From positions 11,470,001 through 11,534,000 of the forward strand of contig OU015568.1 of assembly GCA_907165135.1 (NCBI GenBank): DNA of 64,000 bases. The letters run 5' to 3'. Under the pieces are notes generated by a model. It had not been told where the DNA came from and searched no databases. It saw nothing but the letters and a program-made list of their open reading frames with translations. Source of the DNA: Oikopleura dioica. Lineage: Eukaryota > Animalia > Chordata. Of the stretch, positions 36,836 to 47,710 are shown in pieces; the first letter of the stretch is position 1; each line of letters starts with the position of its first letter. The translations under genes and the position numbers were made by a program.

Positions 36836-37650
36836 TTACGAAATTTTCATAACGGATGAAAGTGACCCTCGAAAGTCCCCTCGATCGTCGTGACTGCGCT
36901 GATCAGCGTGTGTTATTGCTGCTACAGGTGCCCTATTCGCGATCTGAAGAGACGCTCCTTGACCCTCTTTCAGCAAAAAACGTTTTGGAGTTTCGATAAG
37001 GAGGCCAGCGCCGCCCGCCGCCGAGCCGCGTCCAGTGGAGCTCAATCAGTCTAAGGGCTCTAGCGTTTATCGTTCTAAGTGGACGCATTCTCCAACAGTT
37101 AGAAATTGCAAAAAACAATTATAGCGAAACTTTGAGTCGTGAGCCCGTGAATTCAGAATCCGAACACGAATCAAAGTTCATCCACGAAAACATGCTCGAG
37201 TCGAACATCCGGAGAATACAATGCCGCTGTGAGTGATTTTGTTTGCTCGGCAGACTTAGGCTCAATCTTCTAAAAACAACGTGTTGGTTGAATTAACCCG
37301 TGATTAGAGAGCCGTCAACGCACCGCCGCTTGGTTCACACGATCAGCAGAACCGACACGAGCAGGTGTGTTGCTACTTGACAGCTATTTTTACAGTTAAC
37401 ATCTCAGCCCGATTTTCGTGAATCCATCAGTCTTAGAGTGACTTATTAAGGATAACAGAATGGTTGGCTTTATGACTCGATCCCGTCTTCGTCGAAACGA
37501 CCTGTCATTCCATACCTGTGATACAGAAGTCGTCACAATTAGCGAGGCTGATTCAAACTCCCGCTCCAATGGGTCCTCGAGCGGATACTTTCCCGGCCAA
37601 ACTAGAACGTATAATAACACATTTACATAACCAACAATAAAGTAAATCAA
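36836..37650 (-). CDS. Hypothetical gene
   Basis: Short ORFs 37396-37650, 36933-37118 and 36836-37045 with splice-like sites; no domain recognised. Confidence 0.2.
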
Positions 37651-37802
37651 TCTTTATAATTTTTTTTCATGATTTACGAGCGCGCGCATATCCGACGCGC
37701 AATTGAGGGCGCTCCTGGGGATGCGTTTCATTCTTTTTCGTGAGCGGTCGCGATCGGGGATAAGGTCTTCTCCATTTCGAAGATTAGAGAACTTTCTGCA
37801 AT

Positions 37803-40437
37803 ATGAAGATACCGATTCTCGCCCTTGCCGCTCTCACAGATGCTGGGAAAGGTGGCAAAAAAGCACTCTTGAGAAGTTTTCTTCCAATGGCCGTAAGTCA
37901 ACAAAACCATTTATTATATTTTATTAATAAAAGATTCCAAAATTAATATTTAATTTCAAAAATAAAATGATTTATTTTATCAATCCAAGTATCGAAAAGA
38001 GTAAAAGAATACTTGAACCACCAATAATAAATGAATTAGGGTTCTTTTGTATTTTTTAGACAATAATCCACGTTGCAAATTTAGTCGGATGGATGTTAGT
38101 AATTACTGGCCCTCAATTTTTACCGCTATCAATGCCGTTCGCTATAAAAACCTTTGAACCAAGCACTCGAATTCAAGTTCTGCCAACATCCCGTAGATAA
38201 GAATATTTTATAGCGCTGCTTAATGGACGAAAACATCATGGGCCCAGTGGAAAACGGCCAAGTCGATTGCAAGGGAAACGAGTGCAAGCTCAAGTGCGAA
38301 GATAACTATCATTCCTACGGAGGGCCGCAAACAGTCAAATGCAAGAGGCATACTTCTGACAAGGGAGTTAGCTGGACCAGGCAAATTGGCGAGTGCAAAA
38401 CTTGCCGAGATCTGAATCTAACTGACATAGACGAAGATATTTTTGAGGTAAGATTCTGCGCGATAACTTTTTCTTTCAAGAAATTCAATTTCGCAAAATT
38501 GAGTTAAATATGAACTCGGATATAAAAACAGATCTGGTTGAAAGACGAATTTTTGAAAAATAGAATTATCATACTAAAAGTAGCAGAGCTCTCTAAAATC
38601 GCCAACGCCAGCTTATCCCATGGGAAGGTTTTCGTTAAACTATTACGCAAGTGGGATCAGCCCTTAGTGCATTAACCCGTTGTCATAATATTTTGTGAAC
38701 GTTGGCTATCAAACACGTCCCAAAGCGACACTTTGAAGATGCGCTCCTTATCCTTTCTCGGCTCTGACAGTAGTTAAACTTGAGAACTTTACGCAGCCGT
38801 TGTTTTCTCAAATAATTTCTGTGAAAAATCGTATCGAGCAGTGGATTCACTCGAGAATTGAACAGGTGCGGATTTAGGTCAATTTTGCAGCACGTTAGTG
38901 ATCTGCGCTCTAATTCAAATTGATCAAATGCGCTTGTTTAGAACTTATTCAAAAGCTCTTAATTTGAACGTAGATTCGTTTCACCGCCAAGTTTTTTCTG
39001 TTTTAGAAAGTTTCTTTGTTAACATTTTTCTTACAGAAACAATGCGAAACAAGTGACAACGGGCTGCGATCATGCACGATATCATGCCGGAATAATGCAA
39101 ATATCGAACCACTGATGAAACGAAAAGTCAAAGTCTTTTGTAAATGTATCTGGGGACGAGACAAAGATGGCTTCTGTCACTGGAGATATGGCGCACGAGT
39201 CGTGGACAACCCGGACTGGACAAAGTTCTTCTACGGCGAGTGGTCATGTGGCGAGACTCTCAAGCCGACAAAACCGCCCAAAGGACACAAAAAGCAAATT
39301 TCAACTACGAGCGCTTCAGAAACAACGACAAGCGTAGATGATACAAAAGTTTATAGAATTCCACAAAAGTTGGTTTGTCCGGTGTCTGTCGACAGGAACG
39401 TAGTTTCTCATTTATAATTTTAAATAAGTTCAACTGGCTTTTAATGTCAAATGAAAAATGAATACAAATAAGCCAATATGAAACTTGAAAAAAAGAATAA
39501 TTGGAGGAATTGAAGCTGTTCCTCACAGCTGGCCCTGGGCAGTCCGGATCTATTTCGGATTCGCTGGATGCGGTGGAACCATTGTCGACGGTCGAACTAT
39601 CGTCACTGCTGCCCACTGTTGCCGAGGATATCAATTACGGCCGGAAAAGATCAAGGTCGTCGTAGGAGAGCACAATTTGAAGACATACGATATTGGACAA
39701 TTCACTACAGACGTGCGAAAAGTCATCATTCATCCAGAATATCAGCCACGGTACAACAACACAGACTCTTATCGATTTTCTAACGAGCGTTTTTTGTCTT
39801 TAGAAATCTGAGAAACGATATCTGTCTTTTAAAAGTGGACGATATGGACCTCGCGCGCACGAATAGCGCTGCTCACGCCTGCCTGCCCGAAGATAACTGG
39901 CATCCCGAAGTTGGCACACGTTGTTACGCTGCCGGATGGGGACGAATGAACGGGAACAAGCCCGCCACCGTTCTTCAAGAAGTTGATCTGAAGATAATCT
40001 CCGATGAGCGATGTATGGAGACGCCAAATGCTGGGTATTTTGCGGAAGGAGAAATGTTCTGCGCGGGGCACCTCAATGGCGGGAAAGATGCTTGCCAGGT
40101 TGAGAACACTCAGTTTCAAGCTCTTTCGTAACTCTTGACTTTTCTAGGGCGACTCCGGAGGGCCACTGATTTGTGTCAAGAAAATGGGTGACTTCCAAGC
40201 CCCAGTTCTTTCCGGGATCACATCCTGGGGAATGGGCTGTGGGCAGCCTAACTCACCAGGAACCGGTCACGCGATCGCTTTAAACCCTTCTAATCATTTC
40301 ATACATAATTGGCGGAAATACACGCCCTTCGTCGAATGAAGTAAAGTATTGACCGATTTACAGGCGTCTGGACAAAGGTCGCCAGCTACACGAAATGGAT
40401 CAAGGGCCACATGATGTCCGGCTCGTTTTTAGGATAG
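37803..40437 (+). CDS. Secreted trypsin-like S1A serine protease with N-terminal Cys-rich (CCP/sushi-like) modules
   Basis: Activation site R-IIGG; triad TAAHC / NDICL / GDSGGP; KDACQ indicates Asp189 trypsin specificity. Probable signal exon [14 protein letters not shown] at 37803 (5' exon linkage uncertain). Confidence 0.88.
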
Positions 40438-40597
40438 AATCACAAGAAGACAGCTTGACGTTTCTACTCTTCATTTCTACACATTGTATAATTGTACACT
40501 TCGTAAAATAAATTTTGAGAATAATTATCCACCGCGTTTGGAGTGACTCTTACTCAGCTTTCAGGGCACTTTATTTTATTACAAGAGAAAATTGTTT

Positions 40598-43500
40598 CTA
40601 GAGCTCGTCCTTCGAACTTGGAAGTTTCGAGTTGATAAAATTAATGAAATCAGCAGGTTGAAAGTTTCCACCGTCAAATTCATCTTCTGATTCTCCATCA
40701 ACGTAGAAACGAAAATCGGGCCATCTGTGAATGCCTTCCGTGTGGCAGAGCTTATTCGCGTTTTCGATTTTGAAATAATCAGCCAAAGAAACGATCCAAA
40801 ACCCCTCACATGTTTAATTTGGTGGAGCGTTCACATTCACGGCTCATTGTGGTGAATATTTTAAAGCAAAATATGCGACTTCCGCGTCAAACGATCAGTA
40901 GAGATCGCTGACTCAGTCATCTGACAGTAATGGAGTTATCTCCATCATCTAATTGATCGGAAACGCGTGCCTTTCCCCAGTCTTTGCCTCTTCCACAGTC
41001 GCATGCGAAAAATTTCAAGTCCGAATTTGCAGCAAGTTCCTTTGAAACAGCTGTCATGGTGTCGTAGGCCTGATCCATGATTTCGAAGCCGCCGGCGTGG
41101 AGCATGAGGAGGCCATATTTGACCTTTTGGATTTCAACTGGAAATGTGTCTTTGTTCACGTGGACAACATTTCCGGAATCGCGGGATTCGTCGAGCTCCC
41201 AGCTTAATTATCGGTGAGAATAATATGAATCAATAAAATAAAGTTCATTTCTATAAGGCCTTCTAAAAGTTTGGTACTCTTGGGTCTCGCCTAGAATATC
41301 AGATAGAAAACACGCTCGGAGGAAGTTGTTATCATTTTTGATTCTCGAGATACCCAGCATTAAAAAAACGAACAAAACTAAATATGTACTTACACGTAGC
41401 GTTTTGGCTTTTCTGCACCTGCTTTTGTTGGATTCCTCGCGAAATTCAACATATCAGGGCCAGTCTGGTGATTTTCGTAAAGATATTGGAAGACGCCTCG
41501 CTTGAAGTACTCGAGTGTGGGGTAAGAGTCGATTTTTTTCTGCATTCGGAAATCTTTGTACTCGCTTTTAAGGTTTAACGGTGTTTATTCTTTTTCAACT
41601 GTATGTTTAGTGAGAACCTTTCCTTCCATCAATAACTGCTAGTTTGAAGCTTGGCTTTAGTGTTGCAAGAGTTTCTGCAAGAATCACAAATTCGGGCTGA
41701 AGAACGGTTTCAAGTTATCAAACAAGGGCTAAGTCGGAACGGGGCTCAAGTCAGTTCTATCCTGTAACTCGCCGATTAACATTCGTAAAAAAAACTTCTG
41801 CGTACAAATTAGCTTGACAAATTTGATTTTGATCGGGCGACCGCAAAACGCTCGCTCGGTGAACATTTTTTGACTTGACATCCGCAATATAGAATCTAAT
41901 TTCTCGACTTTCTAAATCGACTCAATTGACAATTGTCTTCTTGGATCATTCATTATCGTCAATATTACACACCTGTACAATTTCGTAGCAACGAATGCAG
42001 CCTTCAGCAACCCAGAAAATGAACACTTCTTCATTTTCCGCCACAAACTCTTCATAAGTTTCGTCCGTTAAAATCTCGATGTACATATTTCCATCCGCGC
42101 TTATCCACTTTGGATCGCTATCCACAGTATTTACTCGTCCCCGTAAATGAGGCTCACGAGCGAACCTAAAATGTTCATAAATGCTCTCGGTCACGGTCAC
42201 TATCACGCGCTATTACTGTAATCTCGCGCTTTCTAAATGAACAAATTGAACTTTATTGTTGTTTTACAAGCATATCGGGCCGCAAAAATCCGATTAATTT
42301 CGTTGTGATATTTTCGAGCATCGAGGATCTCTTTTTATCATTTTCAATTACACGTGTTTAAGTTTTATCTTTTTCTTTCTCCAGCGTACTTTGTTGATAA
42401 GAATGCTAAAACTTAGAATCGATCTCGAACAACAGGTTACTCTAAATGAGGTCTAGGAAAGAAATTATTGAACCCTGCGTTTTTGACTGCCTAGCAAAGT
42501 GAACAGCCTGGCTGGTTCGTTTCTGATTCAAATTTCTCACCTAAGGAATGAGTCCATATCAGATTGCGCATTGAACTTGTACTTCTGCTCTCCTTCCTCA
42601 AAGAACCACACGGTCGGGTAGCTTTTTATTCCAAACTCTTTGGCAAAGAGCATCTCGGCAGGATCATCTTTCGGATCAGCATTATACACGGCAAATTTAA
42701 CGTCTAGATCTTCTTCATCTGCCATTTCGTAAGCTTCGTAAAATGCCGTTTTTGAGCCTTTGCAGACGCCGCACCAAGGAGCATAGAAGTATACAACCAC
42801 GCGTGGATTCTCTTCGACGTAATCATCGAAAGTATCCTTTTTGAGTGCTGGAATTGTATCTGGAAGTGATTCAAGAATCTCATCAGTGAGTACTTTTTCT
42901 TTTTGCTCCTGAGGATTCTTCATAAATTTTAAAATCGCGGTCTTTGTTCGTCCGCCAGAATACTTCATCTTGAATTGACCTAAAAGAAAATGCTCAAGAT
43001 TTTCAATCTAATCCAGGTGATTACCCTTTTCAAAGTAGAGCAGAGTAGGAAATCCTGTCACGCCGTAAGGTTCAAGCCAGTCTCTGAACTTGTCTCCCTC
43101 AATCGCTGCCAATCGCTGTTTCGATCCTTGCGCGAACAATTCGTCCGATGCTCTAATGTAATCGGGCTTCATTCGCTTACAATGGCCGCACCAGCTGGTA
43201 TGAACCATAACCAGAACTCCTTCATTGTCTGCCAAGAACTTATCAGCACTAGCATCAAGGATAGTCACGTTGGTCTCAACCGTAAACCCAAGATCGGCCT
43301 GAAAACGTCCACGTGAGCTGTTTTTACAACAAAAAATTTACCTTTGGTTTCTCGATAAAAGATGGATTGCGGCAGAAACTCTCGAGCTTATCTGCTTTGT
43401 AACCACCGTGGTATTCATATTGGAACTTCCCTCCTATGGTTTTATTTGTTAGTTTTTGCCTGTGTTCTGGAAGTTGCGTTACTTACCGGAAAAATACAAA

Positions 43501-44216
43501 AATGTGGGATATGCCTGCACGTTATACCGGTTGATAATTGCGTTACCCTTCGTCATTTCTAGTGCGGCCAGCGTGATTTCAGGCTTCTCAGACGAGAGTT
43601 TCGTGGCAACTTCTTCAAAATTAGGTTTTACAGCCGTGCATGCACCGCAGCGAGTCTTGAAGACCATCAAAAACACTTCTGATTTGCTACCAACAAATGC
43701 GTCGAATCCTTTTTCTTCAAGAAACGATATATCTTTAGAAGATGGGAGGGATGACCATTCTGGCTCAGGAGGCGGAACATAAGGAGCAACAGGATTGTGG
43801 AAGAACTTCAGAAATGAATCTGTGCTTCGTGGGTCAATTTCAAAAAGCTTTTTGCCGCCCTTGAACATTCCAAAAAATGGCACTCCTTCAGTTTGTTTCC
43901 AGTAAGCCGTTTCTTTGTCGATTCTTTCCCCGTATCTTACATTATCGATTGCGTAGATAACGAACTCATCATCAGTTTCTTCTTTGTATTTGGCAAGAGC
44001 TTCAAGAAGCATCGGTTTGACTTTCTCGCAGATTCCACAATCCTTCATGTAAATATACACGAAGAACTCTTGATTCGCCTGTTCAAGTTTGAGAAGGCCT
44101 TCGAAATCGATTTGTCGTAATAATTCTCCATTTTCTACATTCCAGTAGTCATCAGCAATAGCATGAGCAGTCGCCCACAGAAAAAATGACAAGACCCATT
44201 TTAAACGTAGATTCAT
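40598..44216 (-). CDS. PDIA5: PDIA5/PDIR-like protein disulfide isomerase with expanded thioredoxin array, C-terminal KDEL
   Basis: Signal peptide; CXXC motifs CGIC, CGAC, WCGHC, WCGVC, CIRC; PDIR-type linker NPVAPYVPPPPEPEW; ends SSKDEL. Confidence 0.8.
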
Positions 44217-44390
44217 TCTTGAAAAATATTTTTTTTTTTAATTTTTGATTGCAAATTATGCAAACAGGTAATGAATATCTTCAGAGAAATTACAGCAAAA
44301 GCTGAAGAACATGACAAGTACGTTCTTGCTCTACTAGAGTTTTATGCGGAAGAGATTACTAAGCTGTACTTATTTATCTTCTCAGTGTTT

Positions 44391-44597
44391 TTATGCCTTC
44401 CGCAGTTGTCGGATTTTAAGGTAATCGAGGATCCCATGCTCATTTCTATCGAACTCAAATCCGCAACCGTTGTATAGTGTCGCGCCGTCCCGGATGTACG
44501 TGAACAAAGGAAGTGCCCTTGTCAAAAAACGCTTGTAGCGTTCCATATTTCCCTCAAAATCCGAACCCACAGCCGCCATATTCCGATGGGTTAACAT
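44391..44597 (-). CDS. Small hypothetical ORF/exon upstream of the PDI gene
   Basis: 68-aa ORF with coding-like composition; no domain recognised. Confidence 0.2.
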   Translation of the reverse strand: MLTHRNMAAVGSDFEGNMERYKRFLTRALPLFTYIRDGATLYNGCGFEFDRNEHGILDYLKIRQLRKA

Positions 44598-45462
44598 TAT
44601 TAAAAAACGGTTGTGGCCCTTTTAATAGCTACAATTTGTGTGAAGCCAGATTGAACTTCAAAGACTGGCATTATTAATCAAAGATCTTTTCTTCGAAAGA
44701 TTTTCACGTTCTTTTCGTTGAACAAGAATCTCAGCGTAATACATCATTAATGAAAAGTATTTGCAGATTGGGGGTCTCAATTATGTGGTTTAACCTAGTT
44801 AAACTTGCAATCGGCAGCGAAAGTTCAAATGATTTCGCCTTGAAAAATAGTAAAAAACACTCAGCGAAAAAATATCATAGCGGGTAATGAAGAAGACGGT
44901 ACACTGTCGTTCGATTACAGTTATCCGCGCATTACAAGATCAATTCTCATTCCTTGAATTAACCGCAGGAGAGAGTGTTAAACATGTAACGGCCGGGGGA
45001 TCCAGAAATTTTATGATATCTTTTCACGCTCACTGATCGTAACACCAATTCCTTTGCAAAGGGATGGTTGACAACAGTATCTACTTTTAGAGGTTATTGA
45101 ACTAGAAGACACTCGAGATAAAGCTATCATCGCTCAGATAAGGAAATATAATAAACATCAATAAGGGGGCGTTTTCGGCAAGAGATGCATCCAAATTTTC
45201 CCCACGTGGGGAAGATATCATCAAAGATACCCAATAGACTCTAAAATCATTGAGAATTTCGATTCTCAATTACAAAAATGGCACTTTTATGTATTCTCTG
45301 ACGTTACAGGGGAATTTTTGGAGTCGTCACACGCTTCGTAAAAAGTCAAATGTCATTTTTTGAAAGAAACTGTTATCCAGCAGTCTATATAACGAGCAAC
45401 ACTACCAGTTTCTTACCAAATAAGTAAATTTCTAAAAAAGCAAGAAGCAAAAACGACAGAAA

Positions 45463-46180
45463 ATGAAGTTGCTAGCTATCATCCTTCAAGTTGTTTCATG
45501 TTCGGTTCAAGAACAAGCGTTTGAAAACCTTGAAATGATTCGATATTGCAAGGCTTACAAGCACAAGAAGCACGACTTCTGTGACAGATACAAGCTTGAT
45601 GAATCGAAACGACAGTCAAAGCACTTTCGAATGATCTTTAGACCGCACAGATTTCATAATCACCAACCCGTCTGCTACCACTGCAATCGACACAGCTTTG
45701 ATGTGGATGCACAGGAACTGGTTGACACAATGCTTGCGCATACTGGGTTAGTAGACTTTTAATTAGAAGGTTTTCCCTCGTTCGTCAAACTCGCAGATGC
45801 AGTATCCATCTCAAGTTTCATGAAAAAATGGATGAGACCAGAATTGATTGAAGGCATTCGATTATTTTTAAAAAATTCAGAAAATCATTCGCTCTCTACG
45901 AAATTGATGGCATCAAAGTAAACCCGAACAAAATTGTCGATATTGGTTACTGTAATGGATCCTGTAAATTGTAAGCCGGTTTTATTGTACCAGAATAAAA
46001 AAGAATTCTAGCTCAATGAGGCACGCTTCCGAAAGTGTCAGAAATGTGTTTTACTGCGATCCTGTAAGCTACACACCAATCTCTGTTATTGACAGAACTA
46101 CTGGGGAAATATTTGAAATCAAAAACGCAATCGTGGATTCTTGTAAATGCAAAGCAATGGTTCACTGTTCAGAAAAATAA
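45463..46180 (+). CDS. Highly divergent TGF-beta superfamily cystine-knot ligand
   Basis: Signal peptide MKLLAIILQVVSC; RQTRR furin-type site then C1; IGYCNGSC; YCDPVSYTPISVID...KNAIVDSCKC. Only exon 1 is in the ORF track. Confidence 0.72.
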
Positions 46181-46604
46181 CTCAAAATTTTAGCTGTATA
46201 TTTGCTGTCATAATTAAAATCTAAGCTGAAATACTCAAGAATTGGCATTTTCTCTTCGTTGATTTCATTTTCCAGTTCTCTTAATATAATGCTGCTTTTT
46301 ATCAGAAATCGAAAAATACTAAACTTTAAACGATCAAGTATTATTTACGTGGAGTTTTTCGACCCCGAAGATCCGCCGGTTTTTAGCAGTTTTGAAGAGG
46401 TCTCAAGACGTTCTTCAAAAGAAATCTGGCCAGCTCATCGTTGTCCTTCCAACACGTATCTTTTAAAGATTGCTCTTTTTGGAATCGACGTATTTAAAGT
46501 TAGACCCCAAGAAGAAGAGTTTTAGGTGTGTATTACATTTAGATTTGACCCTGTAAACTAGGTCAGCTATCAAAGACCTGCCGTGTCGTTCAAAAGGATC
46601 CTAG

Positions 46605-46798
46605 CGCGAGAGAAAGCGCAAAATTAGGGCATATGGTCATCAGTTTCGCTTCCCGGAATGGGCGCTTTGACCTAATTGTTCACCTGGGTTGACCTGATTG
46701 CCACCAGCTTACTCTGGCGCCCTCACCTGCTGAACTATATAAGCAATCTCCGTTTTACGATTTCATATCACACAAACAAACAATCCAAAACTCAAAAA
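46605..46798 (+). promoter_or_regulatory. Duplicated promoter/5'UTR block of PIM-like copy 2, with TATATAA at 46736-46742
   Basis: About four differences from 6901-7095 by eye. Confidence 0.6.
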
Positions 46799-47641
46799 AT
46801 GTCTCAGCACTCCATTGAATCCGGATACACCTCCGAAGAAGAATGTTCCTTCAACAACCTTGAAATCATCGCCGCCGATGCTAAACGATTCGCCAAAAGT
46901 TTCTCAATCGAAGAAGAAATCATCAAGTCTGCGAATGGAATCGTCTACTCGGGCTTCGACCTTTCCACTGGAGAAGCAGTCATCGTCAAACAGATCCCGA
47001 AGACTTCCGTTTCCGAATACATCGCCATGGACGGTCGACAAATCCCTTCCGAAATTTACTTCCAGTTCAAAGCCGCCGAAGCCTGCGAAGCCGTTGTCCA
47101 GCCAATCGACTTTTTCGAGCGAAAATCCTCCTTCGTCCTTGTCATGGAAAAGATTGAGAATGTAACTGATCTTTACGAATTCGTCCGACAACATGGCGCG
47201 CTCTCCGCAGAAGCTGCTCTCTTCATCTTCAAACAAGTCATCGATGCAGTTCAAGAAATGAAATCCTCAGGAATCTCTCACCGCGATATCAAGGATGAAA
47301 ACATTCTTATCGACCCCGAAACCCTCCAAGTTTTCATCATCGACTTTGGCTGCGCAAGTAAAACCAGTTCCTGCTCGAAACCCCGCGGTACTCCTGACTA
47401 CTGGACACCAGAAATCTACACCACAGGATCCTCCTCTACCGAATCGGCTGACTGCTGGGCTCTTAGTGCTCTTCTCTACATTCTGCTCACCGGAACTTGG
47501 AAGTTTGAGAACCTCAAAGTCATTCGAAACTTCAGCCAAGAAAAACATCTCAGCCCTGAGTTCCGATCTCTTTTCGACCGTCTCTTTCATCCCTGCCCTT
47601 CCAAACGATTATCGATTTCTTGTCTTGCCAAACTCTTATGA
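46799..47641 (+). CDS. Intronless PIM/PASK-family Ser/Thr kinase, copy 2 (280 aa)
   Basis: HRDIKDENILID, IDFG, GTPDYWTPE; paralog of 7096-7938. Confidence 0.85.
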   Translation: MSQHSIESGYTSEEECSFNNLEIIAADAKRFAKSFSIEEEIIKSANGIVYSGFDLSTGEAVIVKQIPKTSVSEYIAMDGRQIPSEIYFQFKAAEACEAVVQPIDFFERKSSFVLVMEKIENVTDLYEFVRQHGALSAEAALFIFKQVIDAVQEMKSSGISHRDIKDENILIDPETLQVFIIDFGCASKTSSCSKPRGTPDYWTPEIYTTGSSSTESADCWALSALLYILLTGTWKFENLKVIRNFSQEKHLSPEFRSLFDRLFHPCPSKRLSISCLAKLL

Positions 47642-47710
47642 ATCTTTATACACGATTTTTTCTGTTCACATTTCTTCAAAGTTCAAAATACATAAAAATT
47701 TCTTTTAAAT

